A stretch of DNA of 64,000 bases, taken from positions 864,001 to 928,000 of the forward strand of contig OZ242195.1 in NCBI GenBank assembly GCA_965205975.1. Reading direction: 5' to 3'. This DNA is from Candidatus Latescibacterota bacterium. GTDB taxonomy: Bacteria; Latescibacterota; UBA2968. Under the pieces are notes generated by a model. It was not told the DNA's origin. It worked only from the letters and a program-made list of their open reading frames with translations, and searched no databases. The position numbers and the translations under genes are program-made. Below, piece after piece: positions 1 to 10,740 of this stretch. Numbering within the stretch: the stretch's first letter is position 1; each line of letters starts with the position of its first letter.

Positions 1-411
1 TATATCCATGCGGGAAGCCAGTTGGGAGTTTTGCTCGAGATCAATAGCGAGACCGACTTTGTAGCGCGTACTGATGAGTTCCAGACGTTTTCAAAAGATG
101 TGGCTATGCACATCGCCGCCGCTGCTCCTCTTGTAGTGAATCGCGAAGACGTAGATGCCGATATGCTGGAAAGGGAAAAGAGTATTTTTCGCGATCAGGC
201 GCTTAGCGAAGGCAAACCAGAGCACATCGTGGATCGGATTGTGGAAGGCCGCATGGAAAAATACTATCAAGAAGTGGTCTTGATGGAACAGGCTTTTGTC
301 AAAGATCCGGACAAAACTATTCAAGATCTACACTCAGATTTGGTGGCCAAGTGCGGCGAAAATATCACCATTCGCCGATTCGCCCGTTTTGTCCTGGGTG
401 AAGAGAGTTAA
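1..411 (+). CDS. tsf: Translation elongation factor Ts (5' part outside the window)
   Basis: Frame open from base 1: YIHAGSQLGVLLEINSETDFVART...EQAFVKDP...IRRFARFVLGE, typical EF-Ts motifs. Confidence 0.97.
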   Translation, partial: YIHAGSQLGVLLEINSETDFVARTDEFQTFSKDVAMHIAAAAPLVVNREDVDADMLEREKSIFRDQALSEGKPEHIVDRIVEGRMEKYYQEVVLMEQAFVKDPDKTIQDLHSDLVAKCGENITIRRFARFVLGEES

Positions 412-448
412 GCATCTATATTGCCCAATTGCCCAGAGGAGGTGCGCC

Positions 449-1006
449 GTGATTGATGAGATTATGGCTGAAGCGCGAGAGGCCATGCAAAAGTCTGTTA
501 CAGCCCTGCAAAATGAGATGGGGTCAGTACGCACCGGGCGTGCCAATGCGCATTTGCTGGATCAAATTCGGGTCGAGTATTACGGTGCACAGGTGCCGAT
601 TAATCAGGTCGCCACGGTGGGTGTGCCAGAACCGCGTTTGATAGCGATTCAACCCTGGGATAAGTCGGCGATTCCGCTGATTGAAAAGGCAATTCTGGAG
701 TCGAATTTGGGATTGACACCGGCCAATGACGGTACGATTATTCGGTTGCCCATTCCGCAATTGACTGAAGACCGCAGGCGAGAACTAGTGCGGGTGGTGA
801 GGCAATATGCCGAAGAAAGCCGCATTTCGGTTCGCAATACTCGTCGCGATGCCAATGAACTCATCCGCGATGCACAAAAAGAAGGCGAGATTCCCGAAGA
901 CGATGCCAGGCGCACAACAGAACGCGTGCAGGATTTGACCGACGAGTTTGTCGCAAAAATTGATAACGTGTTAGCAGAAAAAGAAGAAGAAATTATGGAA
1001 ATTTGA
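449..1006 (+). CDS. frr: Ribosome recycling factor
   Basis: RTGRANAHLLD, IQPWDK, PQLTEDRRRELV, RNTRRD motifs; GTG at 449 after AGGAGG. Confidence 0.97.
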   Translation: MIDEIMAEAREAMQKSVTALQNEMGSVRTGRANAHLLDQIRVEYYGAQVPINQVATVGVPEPRLIAIQPWDKSAIPLIEKAILESNLGLTPANDGTIIRLPIPQLTEDRRRELVRVVRQYAEESRISVRNTRRDANELIRDAQKEGEIPEDDARRTTERVQDLTDEFVAKIDNVLAEKEEEIMEI

Positions 1007-1030
1007 TGCGGAGCAAGATCTGCTGAATTG

Positions 1031-1062
1031 AAAAGGCCATTTCCATTGGGAGGTGGCCTTTT
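1031..1062. terminator. Bidirectional intrinsic terminator between convergent genes
   Basis: AAAAGGCCATTTCC-ATTG-GGAGGTGGCCTTTT stem-loop with A/T runs on both sides. Confidence 0.75.
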
Positions 1063-1094
1063 GATTTTTGATCCTGAAAAGTCCCCTGATTTCT

Positions 1095-1619
1095 TTAGTA
1101 TCTGATCGCATAGATTTCGACAAATTGGCCGTAGTGCCAGACGTAATACGCCGTGCGATAGTGCGATTTGGATCTGCCTGTTCGGGCGGCGCGTTCAACG
1201 GCTTCGGGTGGGTTGACGATCAGGAGTTTGCTGTCGAGACGAAAACGAAAGCCCAGATGCGTGACAAAGGGTGCGAAGATCACACTGCCTGTTCGCGCGT
1301 CGATAACGGCGAATTGCTGGCATTCTTCACCGCAAAACCACCGCACAATGGTTTGATCGCCTGCAAAGTTGGGACCGATTTTGGTACCTTGAATCAAGCG
1401 GTCTTTGTATCGAATCGCGCGCGGATGGCTCACGAGATTGACAGGACGCGGTTTGTCTTTGTAAATTTGGTATTCGGGAATCGCAAACTGTTCAAATTCG
1501 GGTTTTTCAGTCACGCGGTCAGGCGCTTCGGGTAACTCGAATTCGGGCATACAGGCAATAAAAAATAAAAACAGGACAGGGGAGATCGCCTGATATTTTT
1601 TGTATTTCGCAATTTTCAT
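1095..1619 (-). CDS. Hypothetical protein, probable lipoprotein
   Basis: Basic N-terminus, hydrophobic stretch ending FFIAC (lipobox-like), PNFAG...WFCGEEC motif. Confidence 0.65.
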   Translation of the reverse strand: MKIAKYKKYQAISPVLFLFFIACMPEFELPEAPDRVTEKPEFEQFAIPEYQIYKDKPRPVNLVSHPRAIRYKDRLIQGTKIGPNFAGDQTIVRWFCGEECQQFAVIDARTGSVIFAPFVTHLGFRFRLDSKLLIVNPPEAVERAARTGRSKSHYRTAYYVWHYGQFVEIYAIRY

Positions 1620-1700
1620 GATGTCAAATATAAGGCTTTTTCGTCAAGTCGCGCTATCATTTACCCAATTGAAAACAGGTTCAATATTATGAGGAGATCC

Positions 1701-2654
1701 ATGAGAGACAAACTAAATGCGGTTATTCAAGCGCAGAATTTTTCGGGTGTGGTTCTCGTCGTGCGATCGCGAGAGCGATTACTGGCGCAGGGATATGGAA
1801 TGGCTGATCTGGAAAACAATGTGCCAAATGCCCTGCATACCAAATTTCGCATTGGCTCCATAACCAAGACATTTACTGCAATGGCGGTGATGATATTGGC
1901 CGAGCAGGGCAAACTCCAAATAGACAATTTGCTCTCTGAGTATTTACCGGACATTCCCGATCATTGGACCGGGATTACATTACACCATCTGCTGAGCAAT
2001 ACGGCGGGGATTATACATGTGTGGGAACTACCCGGTTTTTCTGATACCATGTCGCTGAAAGCAACCTCTGCTGAGACAATTCAAAAAGTTGTGGATCGGC
2101 CCCTCGTGGCGCCGCCAGGCACAAAATACCATTATAGCGGAACGGGATTTTTTGTATTGTCGCGAGTGATCGAAAAAGTGTCGGGTCAATCATATCAGGC
2201 TTTTTTGAAAGAACATATATTTGACCCTATAGAGATGACCGATACGGGATGCGATCATCCCGATCCAATTTTGCCACATCGCGCACGCGGATATGCCCCT
2301 GCAGGGAATGGCGTGATCAATTCGCCGATGATCTATATGCCGATTCTGACCGGTGGGGGAAATTTGTATTCCACAGCAGAAGATCTGGCGAAGTGGGATG
2401 CCGCGCTCGGCGATGGCAAGCTGATTTCACAGGCTTCTTACGAGCAGATGTTTACGCCGGTGTTGAACAATTACGCCTGCGGCTGGCGCGTGGAGGACAA
2501 TGGATCTGTTATGCACGGCGGTTCCGTATCGGGATTCAATACAGTTTTGTTGCGTTTTTTAGATGACGAGGTCTGTATTATTGTATTGAGCAATGTGAAT
2601 CCCGCCCTTGTAAAATCCATTGCGCAACAACTCGCGGCGGTTGTGTTTAACTAA
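1701..2654 (+). CDS. Serine hydrolase, beta-lactamase class C/AmpC-like family
   Basis: FRIGSITK (SxxK), YHYSGTG, HGGS; GAGGAG RBS before ATG 1701. Confidence 0.9.
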   Translation: MRDKLNAVIQAQNFSGVVLVVRSRERLLAQGYGMADLENNVPNALHTKFRIGSITKTFTAMAVMILAEQGKLQIDNLLSEYLPDIPDHWTGITLHHLLSNTAGIIHVWELPGFSDTMSLKATSAETIQKVVDRPLVAPPGTKYHYSGTGFFVLSRVIEKVSGQSYQAFLKEHIFDPIEMTDTGCDHPDPILPHRARGYAPAGNGVINSPMIYMPILTGGGNLYSTAEDLAKWDAALGDGKLISQASYEQMFTPVLNNYACGWRVEDNGSVMHGGSVSGFNTVLLRFLDDEVCIIVLSNVNPALVKSIAQQLAAVVFN

Positions 2655-2681
2655 GCAACACCGCTGAGTATCGCGCGTTGC

Positions 2682-2710
2682 TTGACTCCCCACTATCCAT
2701 TGGGTACATT
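2682..2710 (+). promoter_or_regulatory. Sigma70-type promoter of the aroC operon
   Basis: TTGACT-17 nt-TACATT upstream of aroC. Confidence 0.55.
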
Positions 2711-2747
2711 TGCATACCATTCTTGTCATGATCCAGAGGAGCTTGTT

Positions 2748-3827
2748 ATGAGCAGCACATTTGGTCGCGCGTTTCGCATCACCACATGGGGGGAGTCACA
2801 CGGTGGTGGCGTTGGCGTTGTTTTAGATGGATGCCCGCCCGGTCTGGAGATCAGCGAAGAAGATATTCAAATTGAACTCGACCGCCGCAAACCGGGCCAG
2901 AGCAAAATTACCACACAACGCAAAGAAGAAGACCAGATAGAAATCCACTCGGGTCTTTTTGAGGGCAAAACCCTGGGTACGCCTATATCGATGATGGTGT
3001 GGAACCAGGATGCGCGTTCTAAAGATTACGAAGAAATACGCACCAAATACCGCCCTTCGCACGCCGATTACACATATCAGCAAAAATACGGTATTCGCAA
3101 CTGGAAAGGGGGAGGCAGAGCCAGTGCACGCGAGACAATCGGCCGCGTTGCCGCAGGTGCGGTTGCGCGCAAATTGCTCAAACGCGATTGCAATATCGAC
3201 ATTATCGCTTATGTGCGTCAGGTTCACACCCTTGTTGCCAATGTCGATCCCGTCGCGGTGACCCGCGAGCAGGTCGAGTCGAATATCGCCCGCGTGCCCG
3301 ATTCTGAGATTGCCGAGCGAATCATTCGGCGCATCGATGCCGCTCGCAAAGATGGCGACTCTCTCGGTGGCGTGGTCGAAGCCGTTGCCCATCGCGTTCC
3401 TCCCGGCTGGGGCGAACCCATCTTTGACAAACTCGAAGCCGATCTCGCAAAATCCATGCTTTCACTGCCCGCCTGCAAGGGGTTCGAATCCGGCTCTGGT
3501 TTTGGCGGTATTGCGATGACCGGCTCTGCACACAACGATCCCTTTTACAACGATGGTAGCGGCATTCACACACGCACAAATTATTCCGGCGGTATTCAGG
3601 GGGGTATCTCCAACGGCGAACCCGTCATCATCCGCGCAGCTTTCAAGCCGACTGCCACAATTTTGGCCGAGCAAGAAACCGTCGATATCCACGGCAACCC
3701 CACCACGCTCAAAGGACGCGGTAGGCACGACCCCTGCGTTTTACCTCGCGCGGTTCCCATTGTCGAAGCGATGATGGCTCTCGTACTGGCAGACCACTAT
3801 TTGCGCCAGCGCGGACAAAGCGGGTGA
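2748..3827 (+). CDS. aroC: Chorismate synthase
   Basis: [34 protein letters not shown] signatures. Confidence 0.98.
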   Translation: MSSTFGRAFRITTWGESHGGGVGVVLDGCPPGLEISEEDIQIELDRRKPGQSKITTQRKEEDQIEIHSGLFEGKTLGTPISMMVWNQDARSKDYEEIRTKYRPSHADYTYQQKYGIRNWKGGGRASARETIGRVAAGAVARKLLKRDCNIDIIAYVRQVHTLVANVDPVAVTREQVESNIARVPDSEIAERIIRRIDAARKDGDSLGGVVEAVAHRVPPGWGEPIFDKLEADLAKSMLSLPACKGFESGSGFGGIAMTGSAHNDPFYNDGSGIHTRTNYSGGIQGGISNGEPVIIRAAFKPTATILAEQETVDIHGNPTTLKGRGRHDPCVLPRAVPIVEAMMALVLADHYLRQRGQSG

Positions 3828-3830
3828 GAA

Positions 3831-5477
3831 ATGATCGATTCCCAAATTTTCACCTGTATTAAAAATGCCCACTCCCACACCTATCGCTTTCCGTGGCGGA
3901 ACTTTACGCATCTTTTAAAAGATCGCGCAGAGCGTCAGCCAGATAAACCCGCGTTGATCTTTTGCGATTGCGATACGGATGCTCGCAGGGTTATTACCTA
4001 TTCTGAAGTTGAACGCCTCACCGCCGCGCTTGCAGGTCTGATGCACCGCGAATACGGCATAAGACGCGGCGATCGCGTCGGTCTTGCCTTGCCCAATTGT
4101 GCAGAAATTCCCCTGCTTACCCTTGCCCTCTTTCGCCTCGGCGCAACTTCTGTTCCCCTTGACCTTGCCAAAGATGTTGCCGAGCGCAAGCGCTACAAAC
4201 TGCAGAATGCCGGGGCCAGGCTGCTCATTGTTTTGCCCGAACATGCAGAAATTCAACGCCGCGCATTACCCGATATCCAGATTGTGACAACAGAGCAGTT
4301 GCTCGCCGCCGATGGATATGGCGCAGCGGATATCGAGCCTGAGTGGTCTGGCGATCCAGAAGGCGAACAATACACCAGTATTGTGCTGTACACATCGGGT
4401 ACAACAGGCCATCCCAAAGGCGCGTGTATTACCCGACAAAGCCTTACATCCAATGCCGATGGCATCATTCGATGGCTCGGATTTGATGCACGCGAACGCC
4501 TCAACCTCGTTTTACCACTTCATCATATCAATTCCACCACGTTTTCGATCACCAGCCTCATGGTGGGGGGGAGCCTCATTCTCAACTCGCGCTACAGCGT
4601 TTCGGCGTTCTGGCGTATCATATCGCGGGAACGGGCGACATCCGCGAGTATTGTACCGACGATTATGGCCGACCTGCTCGCCCGCGCCGATGACTTTGAG
4701 CGCGAGGGCTACGATATATCTTCGCTAAAAAAAATTATGATCGGCTCGGCACCTGTCCCACCTAATATTGCCTGCCAGTTTGTCGATCGCTTTGGCGTTC
4801 GTCTCGTTCAAGGGTATGGTTCAACCGAAGTCAGTTTGCGCGTTACCGGCGTACCACCCGATTTGCCCGATGACCAGTACCGCGATGTACTAGAACAGAA
4901 TGCCATTGGCGTTGAGCTTGCCAATAACAACATAAGAATTGATGGTGGAAGAAACGAAGGCGATGTCGGTGAAATCCTCGTGCGCGGTCCCGTGGTTGCC
5001 AATGGCTACCTCAACCAGTCCAAAGATACTGCCGAGGTTTTTTGCAATGGCTGGTTTCACAGTGGCGACATGGGGTATTTCCGAGACCTGTATAACCATC
5101 GTTTCTACTTTATTCACGGTCGAACAAAAGAAATCATTATCAAAGGCGGTGTCAATATATCACCCATCGCTGTTGAAAATGCCCTGCTCGACGCCTGTCC
5201 AGAACTCGACGTTGTTTATGTGGTTGGTCTTCGTCATGACCGATGGGGGGAAGCTGTTTGTGCAGCGGCTATTTTTAAATCTGGGATTGACCAGTCCGAA
5301 GCAGCCCAAGATATTCTCAAACGCGGACAAAGCGGCCAAATCCCGGGCCTGAGTACTTATGAAGCCCCTTCGCGCATTATCCCAATTACACCCGAAGACC
5401 GCCCGCTGACCTCTACGGGTAAAGTCCAGCGCAGCGCCCTGCGCGAGATCATCCAGAATCAAATTGACAATGCGTGA
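3831..5477 (+). CDS. Class I adenylate-forming enzyme (acyl-CoA ligase family)
   Basis: YTSGTTGHPKG, QGYGSTE, GWFHSGD, TSTGKVQR motifs. Confidence 0.92.
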   Translation: MIDSQIFTCIKNAHSHTYRFPWRNFTHLLKDRAERQPDKPALIFCDCDTDARRVITYSEVERLTAALAGLMHREYGIRRGDRVGLALPNCAEIPLLTLALFRLGATSVPLDLAKDVAERKRYKLQNAGARLLIVLPEHAEIQRRALPDIQIVTTEQLLAADGYGAADIEPEWSGDPEGEQYTSIVLYTSGTTGHPKGACITRQSLTSNADGIIRWLGFDARERLNLVLPLHHINSTTFSITSLMVGGSLILNSRYSVSAFWRIISRERATSASIVPTIMADLLARADDFEREGYDISSLKKIMIGSAPVPPNIACQFVDRFGVRLVQGYGSTEVSLRVTGVPPDLPDDQYRDVLEQNAIGVELANNNIRIDGGRNEGDVGEILVRGPVVANGYLNQSKDTAEVFCNGWFHSGDMGYFRDLYNHRFYFIHGRTKEIIIKGGVNISPIAVENALLDACPELDVVYVVGLRHDRWGEAVCAAAIFKSGIDQSEAAQDILKRGQSGQIPGLSTYEAPSRIIPITPEDRPLTSTGKVQRSALREIIQNQIDNA

Positions 5478-5554
5478 ACTCCTGTCTGCGATTGACACAA
5501 TTTGTCTGGTGTATTATATAGGGACTGGCTACTGACTACTTTCTGGTGATTGTC

Positions 5555-5875
5555 ATGTTGCGTATTTTTCTCCTCCTATTTCGTCTCTTGCGCGTACGCG
5601 GTGTCTTGTCAATCATCTCTCGACTCCCAAAATACTTGCGCCTTACCTGGCGACTCTTATGGGATTCTCGCATACCTTTATTGCCCAAAGTGTTTGTAAT
5701 TTTAACCATTTTATATGGCCTTTCTCCCTTTGATATTATCCCAGAGGTGATTCTTCCCCATATCGGATTGGGAGATGACATCGTGTTTATTATCCTGTCT
5801 ATTCGCAATCTGATCGCGGCCAGTCCGCAGAATATCGTTCAGGAACACGCCCGCAAGATTGCAGAGAAATCGTGA
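5555..5875 (+). CDS. DUF1232/YkvA family membrane protein
   Basis: YGLSPFDIIPE..PHIGLGDD motif. Confidence 0.8.
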   Translation: MLRIFLLLFRLLRVRGVLSIISRLPKYLRLTWRLLWDSRIPLLPKVFVILTILYGLSPFDIIPEVILPHIGLGDDIVFIILSIRNLIAASPQNIVQEHARKIAEKS

Positions 5876-5878
5876 TTT

Positions 5879-7003
5879 ATGTCTCGCATGGATTTCAAAA
5901 CACAGATCGCTGCCGGTCTTCTTACGTGGTATCGCAAATACAAACGCGATTTGCCCTGGCGACAGACAGACGATCCCTATCGCATCCTGTTATCTGAGTT
6001 TATGCTCCAGCAAACGCAGGTCGATACTGTTATTCCCTATTATCACCGTTTTCTCGACCGTTTTCCCACGGTTTTCGACCTCGCCAATGCCTCACAGGAT
6101 GATGTCCTCAAAGCCTGGGAAGGCTTGGGCTATTACGCCCGCGCCCGCAATTTGCACAAAGCCGCGCATTCTATTGCCACGGACTTTGGCGGCACAGTGC
6201 CCGATACGTACGACGAACTCAAATCTCTACCCGGTTTTGGTCCTTATACCACGGCCGCAGTTTTGAGCATTGCTTATGATCGCGACCATGCCGTACTCGA
6301 TGGCAATGTTATTCGCGTTGTCACGCGCCTTTTTGATATTGGTGAGGATGTCACGCAAACCCGCGTCAAAAACCGACTTTGGGATCGCGCCCAGGCCCTG
6401 TTGCCAAAAGGTGAAGCCGGTGACTATAATCAGGCGATTATGGAACTCGGCGCAATGGTCTGCACCGCCAGAAATCCGGCGTGCGATCAGTGTCCCGTGC
6501 AAAAATACTGTGCGGCGTACAGTGCGGGCAATCCGCAGCGTCTGCCCGTCAAAGGCAAGAAGAAACCGCGCCCTCATCACACGCTGTGCGCGGGTATTGT
6601 GTGGCACAATGACAAAGTGCTCATTACCCAACGCCCGCAAAATGGCTTGCTCGGCGGACTTTGGGAATTTCCCGCAGGAACGCAACAGGACGGGGAGTCT
6701 TTGCAAGACACCTGCAGGCGCGGGATAAGAGAAATCGCAGGTATCGACGTCAAAATTAGAGATCGCTACCGCACTGTCAAACACGCTTTTACCCACTTTA
6801 GTATTACCCTGCACACTTTCCAGTGCCATTATGTCAAGGGCAGGGCGCGTCCTCTCTTGTGTGACAATCTCGCATGGGTTATGCGTGCCGATTTCAACGC
6901 TTATGCTTTTTCTCGCACCAGCCGCAAACTCATTGAGTATCTACAAGAAGATGTCCAACCCGACCTTTTCGCATTTGAACACAATATCAGGGAGGTTCCA
7001 TGA
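5879..7003 (+). CDS. mutY: A/G-specific adenine DNA glycosylase
   Basis: RDLPWR, MLQQTQV, WEGLGYYARARN, HhH-GPD, CxxxxPxCxxCPxxxxC, NUDIX-like C-terminus. Confidence 0.97.
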   Translation: MSRMDFKTQIAAGLLTWYRKYKRDLPWRQTDDPYRILLSEFMLQQTQVDTVIPYYHRFLDRFPTVFDLANASQDDVLKAWEGLGYYARARNLHKAAHSIATDFGGTVPDTYDELKSLPGFGPYTTAAVLSIAYDRDHAVLDGNVIRVVTRLFDIGEDVTQTRVKNRLWDRAQALLPKGEAGDYNQAIMELGAMVCTARNPACDQCPVQKYCAAYSAGNPQRLPVKGKKKPRPHHTLCAGIVWHNDKVLITQRPQNGLLGGLWEFPAGTQQDGESLQDTCRRGIREIAGIDVKIRDRYRTVKHAFTHFSITLHTFQCHYVKGRARPLLCDNLAWVMRADFNAYAFSRTSRKLIEYLQEDVQPDLFAFEHNIREVP

Positions 7004-7818
7004 AGCTCGAAAACAAAATCGCGCTTATCACGGGTGCCGGATCGGGCATTGGCAAAGCCATTGCACTCGAAATGGGCAGCGCAGGCGCGCATATCGCAGT
7101 TAACGATCTCACTGCCGAAACAGCCGAAACCACCGCACACCAGATCGAAGACCTCGGATGCGAAGCCCTCGTCATTCCCGCAGATGTGGCTGATTCGGAG
7201 CAAGTCGAGAATATGGTTCAGCAGACGCTCAATCGCTTCGGGCGCATTGATATTCTGGTCAATAATGCCGGTGTGTACATTCCCCAGGACGGTGGCGTCA
7301 CAGCTATTACAGACGAAGCGTGGCAGCGCATTCTCGATGTGAATCTCAATGGGCCTTTTTATTGCTGTCGCGCCGTTGTAAAAGACATGATAGCACGCAA
7401 GCAGGGCGGTAAAATTATCAATATTTCGTCTGTACAGGCCGAAGTTGCGCATTTCGACGCTTCTGCCTATCAGCCTTCTAAAGCCGCAGTGGTTATGCTC
7501 ACGCGAACCCTTGCGGTGGAACTCGCTCCTTACAAAATTAATGTCAATGCCATTGGTCCGGGTGCTATTGCATCCGAAGGTATGGGCGCATCACTTGGTC
7601 CTGAAGTTATCGATGCCTACCGCAAACGCATCCCCTGGGGTGCTCGGGGATATACCCGCGATATTGGAACTGTCGCCGCTTTTCTCGCTTCGGAGGACGC
7701 GGGCTATATCACGGGTCAAATCATCTATGTCGATGGTGGTTATTTATCCGATAGCACACCGACGGAGCTAAAATCACAAGATCACCCCGTGCCACCCGAC
7801 GATCCGGACCCGAAATAA
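7000..7818 (+). CDS. SDR family oxidoreductase
   Basis: TGAGSGIG, NNAG, YQPSK. Confidence 0.93.
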   Translation: MKLENKIALITGAGSGIGKAIALEMGSAGAHIAVNDLTAETAETTAHQIEDLGCEALVIPADVADSEQVENMVQQTLNRFGRIDILVNNAGVYIPQDGGVTAITDEAWQRILDVNLNGPFYCCRAVVKDMIARKQGGKIINISSVQAEVAHFDASAYQPSKAAVVMLTRTLAVELAPYKINVNAIGPGAIASEGMGASLGPEVIDAYRKRIPWGARGYTRDIGTVAAFLASEDAGYITGQIIYVDGGYLSDSTPTELKSQDHPVPPDDPDPK

Positions 7819-7819
7819 T

Positions 7820-8566
7820 ATGATTTCAAAAAATCTCACCAATAGAACGGCTATTATCACCGGTGCCGCGCAGGGTATTGGAAAAGCGATTGCCATACGC
7901 CTTGCTGAGGCCGGTGCAAGTGTGGCGATTGCCGATCTCAATCTGGACAGCGCGCGCGAAACGGCTCGAGAAATCGGGGCAGATGCATTGGCTCTATCGC
8001 TCGATGTTGCAAATGCTGAGCGTGTGCAGAATACCGTTGATGAATGTCTCAATACATGGGGACGTATCGACATCCTCGTCAATAACGCGGGCATTGTGGG
8101 GCGCGACGTGCCAGTCAAAGATCTCACAGAAGGGGATTGGGACCAGGTTCTCGATATCAATCTCAAGGGGACTTTTTTGTGTTCGCGCGCTGTACTGGCG
8201 CCTATGCTCAAACAAAAAAAAGGCGCCATTGTCTCGGTCGCCTCCATAGCAGGCAAAGAAGGCAATCCCAGCATGGCACCCTATTCGGTCTCTAAAGCGG
8301 GTATTATATGTTTTACCAAGGTCCTGGCAAAAGAGCATCTCGAGGACAATATTCGCGTCAATTGCGTCTCGCCCGCTCTGATCGAAACCCCACTCTTAGC
8401 AGATGTGGAACCAGAGCAACTCGATTACATGACGTCCAAAATTCCCCTCGGGCGCCTCGGCCAGCCCGAAGAAGTCGCCGCGGTTGTTCATTTTCTCGCA
8501 TCCGACGATGCTTCTTTTGTGACCGGGCAGTGTTATGATGTCAGCGGTGGTAGGGCGACGTATTGA
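7820..8566 (+). CDS. SDR family oxidoreductase
   Basis: TGAAQGIG, NNAG, YSVSK. Confidence 0.93.
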   Translation: MISKNLTNRTAIITGAAQGIGKAIAIRLAEAGASVAIADLNLDSARETAREIGADALALSLDVANAERVQNTVDECLNTWGRIDILVNNAGIVGRDVPVKDLTEGDWDQVLDINLKGTFLCSRAVLAPMLKQKKGAIVSVASIAGKEGNPSMAPYSVSKAGIICFTKVLAKEHLEDNIRVNCVSPALIETPLLADVEPEQLDYMTSKIPLGRLGQPEEVAAVVHFLASDDASFVTGQCYDVSGGRATY

Positions 8567-8570
8567 TTCG

Positions 8571-8735
8571 TCACCCGAGTGGTCGCGCGCTGAATACTTC
8601 TCTCATATAGAGAACGACCCACCCGATAGCCGTCACTGCTATCGCAACGCCCACGGCAATCAGACACAGCAACCATCCCGGAGTTCGGGTATCCGGATCG
8701 TGATAGGGATTTCGTCGGGGATCGTCCCAGCGCAT
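8571..8735 (-). CDS. Small single-pass membrane protein (54 aa, not in the ORF track)
   Basis: MRWDDPRRNPYHDPDTRTPGWLLCLIAVGVAIAVTAIGWVVLYMREVFSARPLG*; fills the gap between convergent genes; AGGA upstream. Confidence 0.55.
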   Translation of the reverse strand: MRWDDPRRNPYHDPDTRTPGWLLCLIAVGVAIAVTAIGWVVLYMREVFSARPLG

Positions 8736-8762
8736 AGTGGTGTCCTGAGTAGTATCAGCAAT

Positions 8763-9203
8763 TCATCGATTTAGATTTTCTGAAAATTCAGTGCCTTCTG
8801 GCACATCCGTATCGCTTTCAAAGCAGAGACTAAATCCATCCGGGTCGTTCAATGAAACAACCCACATTCCGTTTCCCACAAAGGGATTCGATACCTCGAT
8901 ACCACGATTCTTGATTCTGCGATAGATCGTCAGGGCATCTTCGCACATGAATACAATTGAGACGCCTTCGCCCATTTTCCCTTTGGGCACCCACGAATTG
9001 CGTCCTTCCTGTCGGAATTCCTGCAACATTAACGCGGCATCTCCACATTGGAGCCAGCACCAGCGGAGCTTTCCATCTGGTTCCCATTTATGGATCATTT
9101 CAAATCCGAGATCCTCGACATAGAAGCGAACAGACGCTTTGATGTTTGATACAGAAAAAAACGGGACTGCCTGTTTGACATTTGGTTTTGCTTCAGCGGT
9201 CAT
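8763..9203 (-). CDS. VOC/glyoxalase (bleomycin resistance-like) protein
   Basis: PFFSVSNIKASVRFY..LGF and DPDG motifs. Confidence 0.88.
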   Translation of the reverse strand: MTAEAKPNVKQAVPFFSVSNIKASVRFYVEDLGFEMIHKWEPDGKLRWCWLQCGDAALMLQEFRQEGRNSWVPKGKMGEGVSIVFMCEDALTIYRRIKNRGIEVSNPFVGNGMWVVSLNDPDGFSLCFESDTDVPEGTEFSENLNR

Positions 9204-9391
9204 TATTCGCTCCTTATGTTTTTAGGGGCTTGCTCTTTATTGAAAGATGTAAAATTCTGAAATGACGGGATCAATGCCGCGCAAATAGAGCAATGAGATT
9301 ATTGCGAAAATAATAAAGATAGCGACGCAGAGAAGAACAAACCCATTTTTTTGATACCATTTTGGCCGGTGGGGGGAGATGTTGGGATCGC

Positions 9392-9997
9392 TCATGGTAT
9401 GGATGTGTTGAAGAGGTCGAGAATGAAGGGCAATATGGTACGCAGAGCCTGGCCCCGGTGGCTGATACGATTTTTTTCGTCAGAAGGCAGTTCGGCAGAA
9501 GTGCAGTTGTGGGTGGGAATGAAAAAGAGCGGATCGTAGCCAAAGCCATTCGCGCCCCGGGGTGTTGTGAGGATGCGGCCCTCCCAGATAGCCTCGGTGG
9601 TTTGTACACTGCCATCAGGTGTGGCGAGTGCCATCGCGCAGCAAAAGTGCGCGGTGCGCTGGTTTGTGGGAATACTATTCAAGTTTTCGATAAGTTTGGC
9701 ATTATTCGCCTCATCTGTGGCATATTCTCCGGCGTAGCGCGCGGAATATATGCCGGGTGCGCCGTTTAAGGCATCGACCACAAGGCCGGAGTCATCAGCC
9801 AAAGCAGGCAATCCCGTGTATTTTGCAATTTCACGGGCTTTTTTTTGGGCATTGGCTTCAAAGGTTTCGCCGTCTTCGATTACTTCGGGCGCGTTGGGAA
9901 ATGCATCGAGCGAGATTACCTGAATATCAGAGCCGAGCATGTCCTGAATTTCTCTGCGCTTGCCCTGATTGCGCGTGGCGAGTATGAGGATAGGCAT
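9392..9997 (-). CDS. rdgB: Non-canonical purine NTP pyrophosphatase
   Basis: ATRNQGK, ADDSGL, PGIYSARY, GFGYDP, SHRG. Confidence 0.96.
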   Translation of the reverse strand: MPILILATRNQGKRREIQDMLGSDIQVISLDAFPNAPEVIEDGETFEANAQKKAREIAKYTGLPALADDSGLVVDALNGAPGIYSARYAGEYATDEANNAKLIENLNSIPTNQRTAHFCCAMALATPDGSVQTTEAIWEGRILTTPRGANGFGYDPLFFIPTHNCTSAELPSDEKNRISHRGQALRTILPFILDLFNTSIP

Positions 9998-10008
9998 AGG
10001 TTTGACTA

Positions 10009-10725
10009 CTATTGCGCCATAACATCTTGTTGGAGTTGCGTGATTTCGGAGACGCCCTTTTGGCCGAGGGCGATCAGGTGTTGCATCTGGTCGAAAGTGA
10101 AGGGGTTTCCTTCAGCTGTGCCCTGTACCTCGACAAAGTTGCCCTGACCGGTCATAACGATATTCATATCCACTTCGGCTGTTGCATCTTCGGCATAACA
10201 CAAATCGAGCATGGGCGTGTTGTCAATGATGCCCACGCTGACGGCTGCGACGGAATCTCCAAGAGGATTCTTTGTAATACTGCCTTCATTTTTGAGCTTG
10301 TCAATCGCATCGACGACTGCGACATAAGCCCCCGAAATTGAGGCTGTGCGGGTGCCGCCATCGGCTTGTAACACATCGCAGTCGATCCAGAGGGTGCGCG
10401 CGCCGAGTTTTTTGAGGTCGATCACTGCGCGTAGCGCGCGGCCAATAAGGCGCTGAATTTCCTGAGTTCGGCCTTTGATCCCGCGCGTTTCGCGCTCGCT
10501 GCGCGTATGGGTCGAACGGGGCAACATGGCGTATTCCGCCGTGATCCAGCCCGTGTTTTTGCCCACGAGAAAATGGGGTACGCGATCTTCAACACTCGCT
10601 GTGCATATAACGTGTGTGTCACCCATTTTGATCAGTGCCGATCCCTCGGCGTGTTTCATAAATCCGCGTTCTATACTCGCGGGACGCAATTGATCTGGGC
10701 GGCGTCCATCTATGCGCTGGCTCAT
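10009..10725 (-). CDS. rph: Ribonuclease PH
   Basis: [37 protein letters not shown]. Confidence 0.98.
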   Translation of the reverse strand: MSQRIDGRRPDQLRPASIERGFMKHAEGSALIKMGDTHVICTASVEDRVPHFLVGKNTGWITAEYAMLPRSTHTRSERETRGIKGRTQEIQRLIGRALRAVIDLKKLGARTLWIDCDVLQADGGTRTASISGAYVAVVDAIDKLKNEGSITKNPLGDSVAAVSVGIIDNTPMLDLCYAEDATAEVDMNIVMTGQGNFVEVQGTAEGNPFTFDQMQHLIALGQKGVSEITQLQQDVMAQ

Positions 10726-10740
10726 AAGTGCTCCTTGTTC

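Noticed and set aside
1068..1535. Plus-strand 155-aa ORF and other long antisense ORFs (for example 26650-27486, 33378-34091, 6227-6829)
   Set aside because: They are shadows of better-supported genes on the opposite strand and have no recognisable motifs.
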